A program made the position numbers and the translations under genes. The notes below the pieces were generated by a model. The model was not told the DNA's origin and ran no database searches. It saw only the letters and a program-made list of their open reading frames with translations. Positions 10,810 to 24,949 of a DNA stretch of 64,000 nucleotides are shown here, one piece after another. The stretch spans positions 1,612,001 through 1,676,000 of the forward strand of contig JAMWBK010000001.1 in assembly GCA_029953675.1 (NCBI GenBank), written 5' to 3'. Source of the DNA: Rhodosorus marinus CCMP1338 (Eukaryota; Plantae; Rhodophyta). How positions within the stretch are numbered: the first letter of the stretch is position 1; each line of letters begins with the position of its first letter.

Positions 10810-12038
10810 ATGACAATGGAGCTCAGTTCAGAGATACTTGGATTTGTGCATTGCGCAAATCTTGGATCCTCCCAACGGAAAGGAGCAATCCAAATGAGAT
10901 ATGCGCCGGTGCCGATTGGAGCCAAGTTTAGCTTCGGCGATCGTCGGGTGGGGGCCGTGGGATTGGGAACCTGGTCTTGGGGCAATAAGCTGCTCTGGGA
11001 TTACGACGAGAAGAACGATCCTGTCCTAGCTGAGCTATTTGACGAGGCTTTGAGGTGTGGTGTTGGGCTATTCGATACCGGCAACTCGTACGGAACTGGG
11101 AAAATAGAGGGACGGGCTGAGCAGCTTCTCGGAGACTTTTCAGAACAGACCTTGTATAGTACGCTAGCTGACCAGGCTGTCTTCGCAACAAAAATTGCGC
11201 CCTACCCGTGGATACTAACTCGTCAGAGCTTTGTTGAGGAATGCAGAAAGTCATGCAGAAGACTTAGGAGGACGAAGATACCGCTCGCGCAACTACATTG
11301 GTCCACAGCAAACTATTTCCCTTGGCAAGATAAAATTCTTTGGGATGGTATTTGCGATGCGTTCGAGCTTGGCCTGATTGAGACTGTGGGCTTGTCAAAC
11401 TACGGACCTAAACGACTTGAACAGGCTAGTTCATACCTCCTCTCTCGAGGCGTCCAAGTTGCATCCTGCCAGGTGAGGATAATGAACTAGGCCGGAGCTG
11501 CACAGCTGCGTTGATCTGTCTGCGGAAACTGGACTGTGCATTGATTTTATCCGGCAAAGTCTGATGAGGAATCTCGGCTCTTTTACTCTGGCAGGTACAG
11601 CTATCGCTACTGTGCAGGGGTTCTCTGGAAAGTGGACTTCTAGACCTCTGCGATTCTGAGGGCATCAATGTGATCGGCTACAGTCCAATGGCCCTGGGAC
11701 TGCTCTCCGGAAAATATGGTATCGCAGAAAGCAAGAAAAGGCTATGTGGTTTCCGGGCAAGGGTCTTCGGGGATAGAAGTTTGCGGGAGATCCAGCGCCT
11801 GCTTTCGCTGTTAAGTGAGATTGCGTCAACCCGGGGAAAGACAGTCTCTGAAACCGCTATCAACTGGACACTATGCCAAGGCTGCTTGGTTATCGCTGGC
11901 GCAAAAAGTGCGGAGCAAGGTCGATCAAACTTCTCCGCGATGAATTGGCGTCTGAGCGAAGCAGAAGTAGCCGAGCTCGAAGCGGAAGCGAAGAAATGCA
12001 ATTTCAATATTATTCAAAATATTTTTCAGACCTCATAG
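10810..12038 (+). CDS. Aldo-keto reductase, plant pyridoxal reductase (PLR1)-like
   Basis: LGTWSWGNKLLWDY..LFDTGNSYGTG..AEQLLG, FATKIAPYPW, QLHWS, VGLSNYGPKRL and YSPMALGLLSGKY. An intron at ~11473-11593 restores ASCQ|VQLSLL. Confidence 0.85.
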
Positions 12039-13174
12039 GCACGATAGACTAAATTTTCTGCGACAAGAACAAATTGACGCCGTGCTAAGTTATACAGTCC
12101 CGTCACTTCTGTATCGGCACACCCTCATGCGGAATCAGCAACATGCTCACCAGAAATATTGAGCGTGTACAGAGCTTCGTCATGCAGAAGTTTAGCGGTA
12201 TGAAGAACGTAGTTACAAATCCGAGAAAAAAATTGGGTACCGCAGAATTGCCTGAAGCACAGATGGTGCTGGGATGCCACACGCGTATGGGGCTCGACCG
12301 TGTGCGGTCTTGTGTCGTAAGTCTACTAGTATCCGTCATCCTATAGGCAGTTTTTCAGGCACGATTCGGTTACACAAGTTAAATCCTGCCTTCTTGAGCA
12401 AGTGCACCATATCCACAGACGCCTTCTTTCCTGCTCCACCCTATCTGGATGAAAGTTTGTCTCAAGGCTTACTGTAGATCCAGGCCACGGTTCCTCCCAA
12501 CCCGGGTTCAATCCTCGGTTGTTCGTTTCAGTAGGACTCGCATTGCAAATAAAAATCCTCGCTGTACCATTGCAGCAGGTGCTAGCTTGACGCTCTCCAA
12601 ATCTGGAAACTAAGCGCAGTCGTGATTCAAACCACTATCGTCACGAGCAGCGCTTCTCCACCAAAAAAAAAAAAATGTGTTTTTGCCAACGTTCCGCAAC
12701 CACCAAGAAAAGTTGCGATGGAACGACCTCTCACTCTACTGCACGAGAGTTTCACTTTGGAGCTCAAAGTTCTCAAACAACCAGGGTCGTAGGAGGCTGA
12801 AGGAGGAGTCGTATTCGGATAGTAGTTCTAGGCGGGATGTAGTTTTCGAAACGAGTTCTGGTGATAATGACGAAGGTTCAATGGAGCGTTGAAGCGGGTT
12901 AGTAGTGGCATACCTAACCTGATAGCTCGTTGAATTCGCACCGATCAACGCAATGCCTTCAGTTCGTTTGCGGATACGTTGGCAGCGCAGCGTTCAAGGT
13001 GAACCGTTGTCAGCAACGCTGGTCTTTTTCATATTCGGATGAGGAATTAATATGAAGTAGAGAGCCTTCACTCGCATTCGAGCTGACGTCTGCCTTCATT
13101 CGCCTCCCAAGTTCTAGCGGAAGTCCGATCAATCAGATAAACGGGTCGCGCATGAGTTTCAATTAGGGACGATT

Positions 13175-16100
13175 ATGAGGCGCGCGAAGGAGATTATCAC
13201 CTTGCTGGACGGTCTTGTAACCTCCGAGGAGGCACGCCCGAGAGGAAGGCGGGAGCGTCTAGTTGATGCCACCGCTGTTATCAATTTAATCCGCAACGAG
13301 GTTCTTATTCAGAGTCTGGACTGGGGTGCAGCTACGGTACTCGCCGTGGACGCGATCGAAACAGAATGCAGGGACGCCCAGAAGCGGGCTGGAGTCCATC
13401 CCAGGAAGCAATTTGCTGGGCTTATCAGAGCGGTGAGTGGGATTCAGCTTGACCTACTGGACTCTATCTGGACACGCTAGACGGTTTACTAGCCCAACCC
13501 CATCGATCAATTCCTGTGAAACGTGGCCTATCCAAGCGCGTCAGGATTGTCAGCATCTATCGCTCACAACAGGAATCTAACGACTCAAAGATGAGTCCCG
13601 TAACGCGCTTGTTGTGTGACTTACAACGGGCTTCTTCCGACTGACCGATTTCGTAGGTTGTTTCAGCAGCGCCAGTAGGGTCCCTAAACAGACAGTGCCT
13701 GATATGCTTGCGCCTCGCGGATGCTTGTCTTAAAGATGAGTATCGGGCCGCCACTCTCGGGGAAGACATGTTTATTCTGACGCGGTCGATTCTGGAAGTC
13801 GAAGTGTATCGTGATCGCGTCACCAGCTCGCTATCAAGAGCTCTAGTGCGAAGGTGTCAAGAAGCGGCCCTCTCCGGAAAGTTAGTCCAGGCATCCGATA
13901 GAGTAGCCTTGCGTATCGGTGTTGCATTCACAAAACTGATGTTCTACTTTGTGCTCGATGTGTAGGAGCAAGTCACTACTCAACGTTCAACGAGTCCTTC
14001 ATCTGCTCGTAACACCAACTGCAAGTCGGGAGTTGACGGTCAATGGAGGAGATCGAGTTGCCCATGTATTCGAGTTCATTTCAGAGGTCATATTCATGTT
14101 GAGCGCAGTCGATTACTATTCGCGATGAGATCTGACAAACTCTGTTCTACGCACAGGCACTGGACAAAGGAGATCTTTCGAATTCTATGCAGATGGTGCT
14201 GATATCAACCCTTGCGTCCGTCACAAAGGGCAATTTGTTCAACTTCCTTACTCCGGAGTTTGTGCATATTCTGGAGGTTGGTGAACAAGCACACTCTCAC
14301 GTTCCATCCCTCAAAGCCCGTTCTTTTGGGTCCTGTCGGAACTGAGATATATACGTTGCTCATGGGTCACTTGACGCTTTGTCGTGAAATCCAATCCACC
14401 CTCACAGCGAATTATCCCAATGTGCGTTGGACTTTGGGCTGAGAGACGAATTCGAGCAGAAATCCTTCGATTAGTTCAGCACGCCTGCCGTACGGGCATA
14501 TTATCGGAAGCGAATCTGGACAGTATCAAGTTCCGCGTGGAGGAAGGTTCGAATCCCCTCAATTCATTCCAATATTACATATCGGTCGGCGACCGAGCTT
14601 TGGGTCGTCAATGAGTTGGTCCTGCTCCTGATTATCGAGAGCTTTGCCCTCAATCCGGACACGTCCTATTCGATTTAGATATTCGGGTTATTACACTCCG
14701 AAAGCATGCGCTTGTCGAGATTGAGCATGAGGTTTATGATGTGCTGTCACTACTATTCTCAATAAGTCACCTCGAAAGGAGGGCTTTCGAAGATTCGACA
14801 TCACCGTTATCGGCAGCGTGGTTGCGTGCGCTTGTTTTAAGACTGAATCGAGAGTCTCGCCAACGCTCAGAAGAGCTGCTGGACAGGGTTGTTCTCAGAA
14901 TTGCCAACAACCTGTTGAACCCGGAGCTCTTTGGCTCGGGAGGTGTTGTTCTGCACGCGCTTGAGACGGTGAGAGCAAGACCTCCTACCCACCACCTCCT
15001 ATTTGAACTAATTGCTAGCCTCTGAAATTGGCCTGAAATTACTTCGGCTCTTCCTTCTACAGATACTGGAAATACATGGCTGTACCCTGCTCGAAACTAA
15101 AACAGTGGAACGTCTGGCCGAGAGCCTTCGCTACCACCTCAATACTTTGTCGGGATCGCAGGAACAGTCCGTTCGAGTTCTCAAGGCAATTAGCAAACTG
15201 TTTTCTTCCGACGACGTAAATGGCGCTGTGCTTCTAAAAAAGTTTGAAGGTACGCGAGCGCTCTCGATACCACCTGCGTCGCCCTTGGCAGTAAGAGCCA
15301 TGCTTGCCCTACTTGAACCAAGGGGTGTCTACATTCGTGACGTAAGCAAGTCGCCGATGATGTGGTTACTTAGCGGCCTGCAAGTATCGGACTCCGAGCC
15401 CGAGATTATTGCCCAGGCTGCGTTGGGAGTGCTTGGCTATCCATGTGGAACTCCTTCGCTTTCTGCGAAACCCGTGGATCAGACCCTAGCAGCTATGGAT
15501 GCCTTTAACCACCTCTATCGTGAACGCATAGATTGGAACCGAGAAGGGCACATAGCGGAAGAGTTAGGAAAGGTTCTTCAGTTTCCCGGGCCTGTTGCGA
15601 AGGTGAAAGCGTCCAATGGTTGCCGGCTACAGACGAGTGACAAATCACGAGATAAGATCTACGAGCTCATTGAATGCGAGATTTCGAGGAGGACAATGGT
15701 CTTTCATGAAATGTCCGGTGACAAGGATCCCACCCCCGAGGCAAATAGTCTTGGAATTCCAGGTGTGCATGTACCCACATGTCTTCGCATCCTTCGATTT
15801 GTTGCGGATCTGTCGGTTGGATTGAGCTCCTCCAGGTTTGAGAGAGTATTTCGCAGACTCTTCAGCAGGTTGTGTGGGAGCGAGGCAAGTGACCTGTTCG
15901 CGACTGGGAACACGGTAGAGGCGATTTCATCTCTCTGTTTTGTCCTCCAGGCCGCCATAGAGGTCTTCAAGTCGAGCGAGCACGACCTAATCGACGCAGC
16001 AGATACCCTGCTGAGGAAGCTCCTTTTGCTAGTGCAGCGCTACACCCGTCAAATAGTCAAGGCAAAGGACATGAACGGGAACGGGAGCGCAGGGCACGGG

Positions 16101-19100
16101 CCCAAGAAAAGGAGGCGAAAAGAAACTATTTCCTTTGATTCGGACAGTGATGAAGACGGCGAAAGAGCCCGCTTGGCTACTGATCTCAGGGAGAACGTTA
16201 GCGTCTATCAGGCACATACCCAGTCGCTCCTAGCGCCACAGGAGCTTGATCTCGAAAAAAGTGGTACGATCTCCATTTGCACAGAGTTTTCCCGATATCG
16301 ATCTCGAATAATGTACCTGAAGTCTCGTAACCCTCTTAAAGGGACAACCTCTCATCAGCAGAGAAGCGACGACGTACTCCACGCACTGACCAGTCTGGGC
16401 CATCTAAGCAAGCTTTCAGTGGAATTTCGGAAACTTGTTGGTAGCTGCTTTTCTTCATTGCTAGCCAACCTCAGTGATGCGGAACCCGATGAACTGACGC
16501 TGTCCGTCAGGGCAACAGTGTGGACACTCCTTCTCGAATTTGAAGGAGGGCCCAGAGCTGCTCTACGCGACTCACTTGCAGCTTGCGATCAGGCCTACTC
16601 GTCTCAGAAAGAAGGAGCCTCGCTTGTGTACGAGAAGGCGCTGCTGCTCTTTAGGGACGCAATCGGTCTGTGCCAGAGCAAGCTTCTACCCATCAAGAGC
16701 GTTGCAGTAGAGCTGCAAAAAGTGGCGGACTTTGTTTTTGTCAACAGCTCGCGGGGAACAGGTCGGATATCTTTTAACAGAGACTCCAGAATAATTGTGA
16801 TCCATATTGTGCAATCTCTTCGGGAGCTAGAAGCGCTCCATAGTTTCGATTCATGTAGCTTCGTGTCGACCTACCTGTATGACCACGACTTCACAGTGCG
16901 ATGCGTGGCATCAAAAGCTTCTCCGAATATTACTGACAGAGGTCAGCTAATGTCGTGCTTGAACCGGTGCACCGTGGACCCCAAACCGTTGGACAGTTGC
17001 TCGATTTGGTGGACGAAAACGATTGCAGCTGGTAGGATAGTTGTCCGCTTCCAGACTCTGTCGCTTGCTCCGTATGTGTCTTGAATTGTTTTCGGAAGGT
17101 TGCTCCGGAGACTGACAAGATTTTCCGGCTTCTATGCACAGGGGAACTTGCTATTCACGGTACGTGTGCCAGGGAGGAGTGTGTACTTTGGATATATTGC
17201 CAAAAAATCATTTGGGAACCGGCTTCGAGGGAGGTAGGAATTAGTGTTTTGGACATGATCGGGGCGGAAAGTAAGACAAGAAACCGACGAGGTTTATTCT
17301 CCTGCTCGGCTGGACTCTTTCTCAGCCTCTTCTGCCAAAGCGGGAAGCTGGTATCGGACTTCCCAGTAGAAGCTGTTGCTTACTCTGCCGCAGAACGGAA
17401 GAAGTTCTTGTCGGAGTTCGCCGGAGACATAATTCCAACTGCATTGTTGCTTGACTCTGATGCTCATGGAAAACATGTACTGGACGTTGCACGTGTGTTG
17501 CCCTTAGCCAATAACCATACTTGGAAAACCGTGAGATTTTAAGCTACTCGGGCTTCTTCTTTCGCAGGCGCTCTTGAAATGGACTGCGGTCAGTATCTCC
17601 GTGACAACGTACAGCATGTTTGGAGAATGTTTCCGCTGTTCTACTCCGAAGACAGAGCTAAAGCCCATAAACTCTGGACATCTTTGCAGCAAATGTTACC
17701 TGGTATGGAAAGGCTCGAACCCTTGCTGCTCGAGAAAGTGGTGACCGAGTTGCTGTTGAGCGTCGCTCCTGCGTAAGTTCGTGCCTAGTTGAGTAGCATT
17801 TTAGGACAGGGGAGAAACCTTTATGCAATTTTCTAACTAGTTGGTATCTTGCAGTTCACCGAAGCCGAATCCGCCAATGTACAATACCGAGACTGTGAAA
17901 CACGCACTTTGGAAGTTTGCGGGAAACGGGGACTCAAACGTTGCGTTCAGAAAGCTTGTGTCTGGAAAACCGAATAGATGCGCGAACTTAGGTCTGCAGA
18001 TCTGGCAGGTGCTGTCTCGGAAGTCGGGACAAGGCACTTCTCGCCCGTTGTGGACAATAGCAACTGGGCTATTGCTGCTAGTACAGCAGGGGTGCCAGGG
18101 TATGGACGTTGGCCCATGCAGAATTCTTTGCCACGTTGTGATGCAAGCAGCCCGCGATGCACGAGAAAAGGGTGACCGTGATGCTGAGAGTGTATGCAAG
18201 GAGGTCCTGGGAAGTTTATTCGACGGTCAACCAAAACTTGCACGCACGGTTCTGAACGCTTTGGTGTTGGAGCCTTCCTTCCATGACGAGGACATAATTC
18301 GCCTGAAAGGATTAGCTGGAGCAGACCCGAAGGAGACCACACTTGTAGCTATACTGGAATCAGAGCGCAGACTGGGTCGTCTCGGACTGACTATGGACTT
18401 CAAACCGCTCTATGGCTTCTTGCAACTGCTTCGTGAAAGTGCGAGTCTTCTCTCCCCCGAGCTGTCCAAGCAGGCGAGTGATGCACTCCTAAGAGCAAGC
18501 ACGAATTCCACGTCGAACCATGATCTGGGGCACCTGTCGGACTGCTTACAGACCTATTGCTTGGTTGATTCATATGCAACAATTTTGGATGTCACACTCG
18601 AAGAGAAGTTGCCTCACGTTTCGCAAGAAATGGAGTTGGTAGGGACTTTTCCAGGGCCTGTTTTTCATTCACAGAACGCTTGTGATTGAAACTGATTGAA
18701 CTTTATTCATTCGTCGTCTCAGATACGCTTCAAGAAGTGCACAGCGTTTGAGAGCTTGTACGCGATGTTAACTGACGAGCACGTGAACATTTCTAGGGCC
18801 AGTCTCGATGCTGTTCGTGCTATCGTGAGTGACGAGGAGAGAATGCAGAGTTGGGATACTCGATACGTCAACCAAGAAACTTTACGAGAGGGACAGGCGT
18901 TCCGCTTGTCAAGTGAGGCGTTAAAGAAACTGCATAACTCTCTGGAAACCGTTAGAAGAGCTTTGAAGAGCAAGCCTCTTGACGATTCGGCTCTGTGGGA
19001 CCTAGCTGTTGAGAACGTGAGGAACATAAAAGGGTCCTGAATTCTTACGAAGTTAATGCCATCTGCAACTCTGCCCTTAGAATTTTTGACTGAAACTGTT

Positions 19101-22100
19101 CAACTCTGCGCAGGGGGATACGTGGGTACAACGATTTTGCGAGCTCGTTGTCGCAAAGTTCTGCTGGGACGACGATTTTTTGCCTTGCGTTGCTGTGCTC
19201 TGTGGAATTTCAACCAGTTTTGCTAGAGCGGTTCTTCCATGGGCATGCGCTGTTGCGGCAACGAGAGATGGTACGAGATTGAAGCAAAGCTCAGGCCCTG
19301 ATATCCTTTGTCGAGTTTTACATAACATCTAGCCTCTCATACGAGCATCTGTCGTTGCAAACCGTTCCACTGTTCAGCAGACTTTCCGGCGACCCTCGGG
19401 CCGCTTCTAGAAGGCAGAATCTTCCGGAGGTGCAGTGCCTCTTGCAAACGAGCCGCCGTTACAGCCCTGGCGATTCTAGAATTCTCCAGGAACTGCTTCT
19501 TTACTAATTCCAGGAAGAATTCTGTAAGAACTGGTGCTCGCGGAACTGCCGGGGAGCTGTATGTCATCGTTAACCCAATGCTAGCAGCGGAAGCAGCACT
19601 CCAATGCGAGAGGTACTTCGATGCAATCCTCTATTTAGAGACATACTTGCAAAGGATCCGCGTTAACTCCTCACATGGTGGAAGCGGTGTTCGGAGATCT
19701 TCTACCGCAACGGTTCTTGAGGAGGGGCATCGTGACGACGATGCTTTAAGGCTACTCTCCGAAGCCTTGAGCAAGATAAGTGAGGTATGTTGCCAAACAG
19801 ATTACACGAGTTTCCGGTTTACATTCTAGATATCCGCTGTTACTCAAAATGCCTGCACTTTCCGTTCCACAGCCCGATGCAATCTATGGGTTACCAGGGA
19901 TTACCGAGATGGGATTTGCAAACCCTGCACTGCGGGAAAGAGAAGGAGATTATCTCGGGTCGTTGAGATCGTACGATGTACGGTTAACGCGGGGTGTGGA
20001 GCAGAACGTCGTTGGAGGGGTTGCGCGATCTTTGAAAGGAATGGGACTCTTCAACACGGCTGAAGCTCTCTGCGCGGTAGCAGAGTGCTCCTCGTTGGAG
20101 ACGGAGGAGCTCAACGAAACTCGCTTCGAATCTGCGTGGAGAATGTGCCGGTGGGATTTACTCGAGCTAGGAAGCATCAAGTCGAAGACCTTCCACGCGA
20201 ATGTGTTCAGGGTACTCTCGTCACTCAATTGTGGTCAAGTCGAGCATGCGGGAGAAGAGATTGTAAGGTCTACTCTTAACACGATACGCGCGCTAGGTTC
20301 AGCGGTCGAATCTAAGTCGGCTAGAGCTGTTCGCGAGTATGTGACAAGATTGCGCATGTTGCAAACCCTCACGATGGCAAAAGATCCCGAAGCTTCGCAC
20401 TACGTGTTCGAACAGTTTAGTCCAGCGAAAGACAGGGATGAAATTGATCTAGCTCTTCTCCACTCCCTCTCGGATATTCTGAAGAACCCAGACATCAAGT
20501 GTCGGACTGCCGTAATCCTGAGCGATAAGATACGGGACTCCAAGTCTCTGGACAGCGCCCACCGAGCTATGAGCATTCTGAGCGGAAGTGCTGATGCACT
20601 CGTAGGCCTGAATTCCCAACAGCTTTCCGGGCTTGAAGACGCAGTAGTGCTTTTGGTATTCTGCAGAATCTAACCTCATGTTCTTTCCTGTTCACAGCCC
20701 AATGTCTCATTGAAGACCAGAGCGAAATGGAAACTGTGTGAGGCCAACCTTCTATGGGACATGGATGAGAGAAGGGCGGCGGCTCGGGCGGCGTGCGAAG
20801 TTGTCTTGTTTCTCGGAGGTTCACCCTTGGACATGCAGTGGAAACAAATGACAGGATTCGCAGACGCGGACTTGGCCCCGTTACGCTCCAAGGCTTGTCA
20901 CGATGCTGCCCGCTGGACATCTGAGCTGAGGAATCACCATGAGGAAGAAACAGCGAAGGAGTATTTGGAGCTTGCTACTAAAGCTTTTGCGGACGTTACT
21001 GACGACCTCGGCGCAAGCAGCTGCTTCGTCCGGTTGGCCGAGTTTGCGGACCGAAAACATGCATCCCTCAGAGAGAGGATGGGAACAACAGAATTCCGTC
21101 AATCCGACACGCTGCTACGGAAGAAAAAGGAAGAGCTGGAAGCGTGTGAGGGCGTTTTCCAGCACGGCAAAAAAGAGGAGGGAAGAGATGACTTACGAAG
21201 GCACATCGCCGCGTTGAGAAAGCAGATACTTGTCGAACACCAGGAACTCGAGAATTTTAAAGAACAGCTTGAAAAATGGCTGCTTATTTCCGTAGTGCAG
21301 TATTCCAAAGCGTTGAAAGCTGGATCCGCCAATATCAAGGTTGCGTTTCGTTTAATCGCTCTGTGGCTTGCGTACTGGGCAGAACCACGTGTAAACGAGG
21401 TAAGTTACCTGAAAATCAAAATCAGGATGACACGTCTGTTTTGCTTATCTTCGGGAGAGAGTCGTTGAAGAGCGAATATCTGGCCTTTTCACTGTTTGCT
21501 TAAGAAATTTGATGATGAGATCCGAGACGAGTTCCCATGGGGGAAGCTGCTTCCCCTTTCTTACCAGCTAACTAGCCGGATCTCGGTGCGTGACAAATCG
21601 ACCTTTCAGAGGACCCTTAAGTCAATCGTGAAAATACTATGTACAAGACATCCTCACCATTGTCTATGGCACATCTGGGCACTTGCAAACGGCAAGCGTA
21701 TACCAAAAAGACAGAGGGGGGCTTCTAGATATGTCGCGGACGAGGACAAGGTTGGCCCACATCAAATCTAGCTACATCCTATGCCGGGGACAAGGGCAAA
21801 CAGTCTGACAAAAGTTCTGCGTTTACTTTGTTGGAAATCGCTAGGTAGATGCTGCTGAGAAGCTCTTGAACGAGCTGCGAATTGTCCATGGGCCTTTACT
21901 TGAACAGATGGAAAGGCTCAGCGAAGGATACATTGAGCTCGCCGAGGCGGATTTCTCGTCGAACTCCGGACGCACTAGCTTCCGGATGGAAAGAAGCCTC
22001 CTCGGGAGAATTGGCGAACTGTTTCTTGTTCCCCCGTTGACCCTCGCCCTCCCACTTCAGGGGTTTGAACACGATACAGGTACTCCGCACGTGATGGGGT

Positions 22101-23665
22101 TTCGGGGTTCAATTGAATTGGTCGGCGGCATCAATGTCCCCAAGGCCATTTACTGTGAGTGCTCCGACGGTGTTGAAAGAAAGCAACTCGTCAAGGGTGC
22201 GGATGACTTGCGACAAGATGCTGTGATGGAGAACTTATTTTGCATATTGAACGAGCTCATCGCATCGGATAGCGAAGCGTCAATCAGGAAGCTACGAATG
22301 AGAAACTACAGGGTGGTGCCATTGACACCGTGTACTGGGTAGGTCATTTTCGCGAACTCTCTATAGATGGAGCCAGGGCTTCTGTCGTTTTCCAGTAGTT
22401 CAATTGAACAGCCGTTCAGTATGTGTACCTAATTGAAGCATAGCTGGGCTAGATGTCTAACTGTGTTTTTGTTCATATTTAGAGTACTGCAGTGGGTAGA
22501 AAATACAACTCCGCTGTCCGCATATCTCGTCGGTCGAAATGGAAAAGAGGCGAACAGCGCGCATCAGAGGTTTCGACCTGCAGACTGGCTAAGTTACGAT
22601 TGCAGACAGCGACTTCGGAACGCACCTGGCACTATGAGAGAAGTGGTTTATGAGGAAATCTGTTCGAATTTTGGGCCAGTGCTGAGTAATTTCTTCTTGG
22701 AGCGATTTCACAAGGCGTCGGATTGGTTTGATAAGCGCCTGTCATACACTCGGTCAGTTGCTGTCAGTTCAATCATAGGATACATAGTCGGGCTTGGCGA
22801 CCGTCACGGAGCAAACATTCTGCTTGATCTGGACACCGCCGAAGTTGTTCACATCGACCTTGGCATCGCATTTGAGCAAGGAAAGTAGGTTTTCGGTGAA
22901 GGCTGCAAGGGTTGAGGAATTCCACGGGCTAACGCTTGGTATCTCCTCATACAAACACAAAATTCCTTGATCTAGAACGCTAAGAACCCCTGAACTCGTA
23001 CCTTTCCGCTTAACACGCGACGTTGTTGACGGGATGGGCATATCCGGTGTTGAGGTATGGTGGATGAGTGCAACACATTTCACTGTAACGAACCCGGAGA
23101 TTTGATTCTTCTCGAGGTCCCTGGTCGTAAAAGAGTTGTTTGGGCAGCGAAGGAATCGTAATACCATGCTTTCTCAAAAGTTCTCTCTGATTCCTAGGGG
23201 GTTTTTCGTCGATGCTGTGAGGTGAGCCTGAGGCTTCTGCGCGAGAACAAGGGTTTGCTGATGACAGCCATGGAAGTTTTCCTCTATGACCCTCTGTTCA
23301 AATGGTTGCTCTCACCCATTGAAGCCTTCCAGCTACAGGCAAACCTGGGCGAGGAGACTCCTATAAACCGTTTTGGTTGGAAAGTGGTGGAGACACAAGA
23401 CAGAAGCGATGACATCATTCATCTGAACAGCGAAGCTGCAAAGGCCTTGTTGCGAATCAACGACAAGCTGCAGGTGATGCGAGCAGAGCAGAAAAAGATC
23501 TTGAATGCTACATATCCGTTAACATCTTCTATCTGCCCGTCCTTCCAGGGCTACGATGGGAACGAGGTCACTACCGTGGAGGGCCAGGTGCATACGCTCA
23601 TTACAGACGCCTCGGATCCAAAACTCCTGTCCCACATGTTTGATGGGTGGGCTCCTTGGGTCTAG
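13175..23665 (+). CDS. ATM: ATM/Tel1 PIKK serine/threonine kinase (many exons; start approximate)
   Basis: [85 protein letters not shown] and [34 protein letters not shown]. These are preceded by ~8 kb of helical and FAT-type exons (e.g. [15 protein letters not shown]). Confidence 0.93.
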
Positions 23666-23821
23666 GCTTCAGGAATTGAAACGTATCGATGGGTGCTGGG
23701 TTGGGAGGGGGTCCAGAGAGTCCCGATCAAACGTGCTAAGAGCTGACGATTTGGTGTCTTATGCACATAGAGTAACCAACAAGGTTAAACAGGAGCAAGT
23801 GTTTTTTCGCTATAGTTTGCG

Positions 23822-23845
23822 GTTTGGTCCATGCTTGGACCAAAC
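23822..23845. repeat. Perfect 10-bp inverted repeat (hairpin) downstream of ATM
   Basis: gtttggtcca-tgct-tggaccaaac, followed at 23861-23887 by a tandem aaccaaactacag(c) pair. Confidence 0.8.
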
Positions 23846-24949
23846 TGGAAATTTCTGGTCAACCAAACTACAGCAACCAAACTACAGGATCTTGCCCTAA
23901 AACGTTTGAAGCCGCGAGCTCAGTCTACGAGTTTCGTCACCCCTTCTGCGTGGACCCATGGGCTGAGAAACAGTACCCGCTCTCCCCCCGGCGCAAAGGC
24001 TTAGTAGCCCTGTGGTATGGCTCGACAGCAGCGCCAACTTTCATGACCCAGCGCTGAGATGGGCAAAACTACCTGCATTCACTGCTCATGTCGGTCCTTG
24101 CGCATGGTGGATATTGTTTTACGTCGGAGACAGTGTAGATAGCCCTCCTACATCTTGTGCGCATTGAGACTGTCGTTGATTGGCCTTTTCAGAGGCCCAA
24201 AACCCCCCCAACTTAGAGACATGCAAGTGCTCTGACAGCGTTCTGTCTGGGAACACGCAGCACATTGCACAGTTGCCAATCGGCTCTCTGAACAAAGTGA
24301 CCTGAATTGGAAATTCAGCCTCGGCGAAACGAACGTCCATGGAGAAACGAGTCGAACAGAACTAACTGGCCGTCAGCACAAAACAACCCAGCGAGAGTAA
24401 CTGTATCCTTTATTGGTGGGCAGCTGCCTAATTTGCAGCGCCCACTAGTTCGACAATCATCTACGGAAAAGGATTGGGCTTAACCCCGCACTCCGGGGCC
24501 AACGTCGCCCCGGCGAAATTGATGGAATTGATTTAGTCCATACGTAATGCCGTTATACCTCGCGCGCGGCCTCTATATGTACTATGACTTTGCAACTGCT
24601 TAGGCTTCTCGTCCCTCTGTCTGTACCCCCCCCAACCAGCCATTCTCAAGGGTTGATAAAAGGAAAAATTGCGGGAAAACCGGTCAATTCTTGAATTTTG
24701 TTATTTTTAAGTGATTGGCCGCTTGCAAGCGGTCGGCTCTAATGCGCGCGGGGGGAAATCCGAATGTGGTGAGCAATTGTCGTAAATGTCCAAGCAAGCG
24801 AAAACCCTAACCATGATCATGTAGTCTGAGGCTGGACTAGAGGTTGCGGGGGGGGGGGGAAGAGATTTTCAGGTGGGTGCGGCTTCGGAGGTCTTTTCAA
24901 GCAGTCTGAGTCCCGAGATTACACTGGGAAATCTCAGCAGGAGGCGAGA

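Noticed and set aside
12103-12480. Overlapping short ORFs between the AKR and ATM genes
   Set aside because: No consistent spliced model or recognisable motif on either strand.
24802-24809. Telo-box AAACCCTA upstream of CTP synthase
   Set aside because: A single 8-mer; the same 8-mer also occurs inside the DAHP synthase coding region, so it is not distinguishable from chance.
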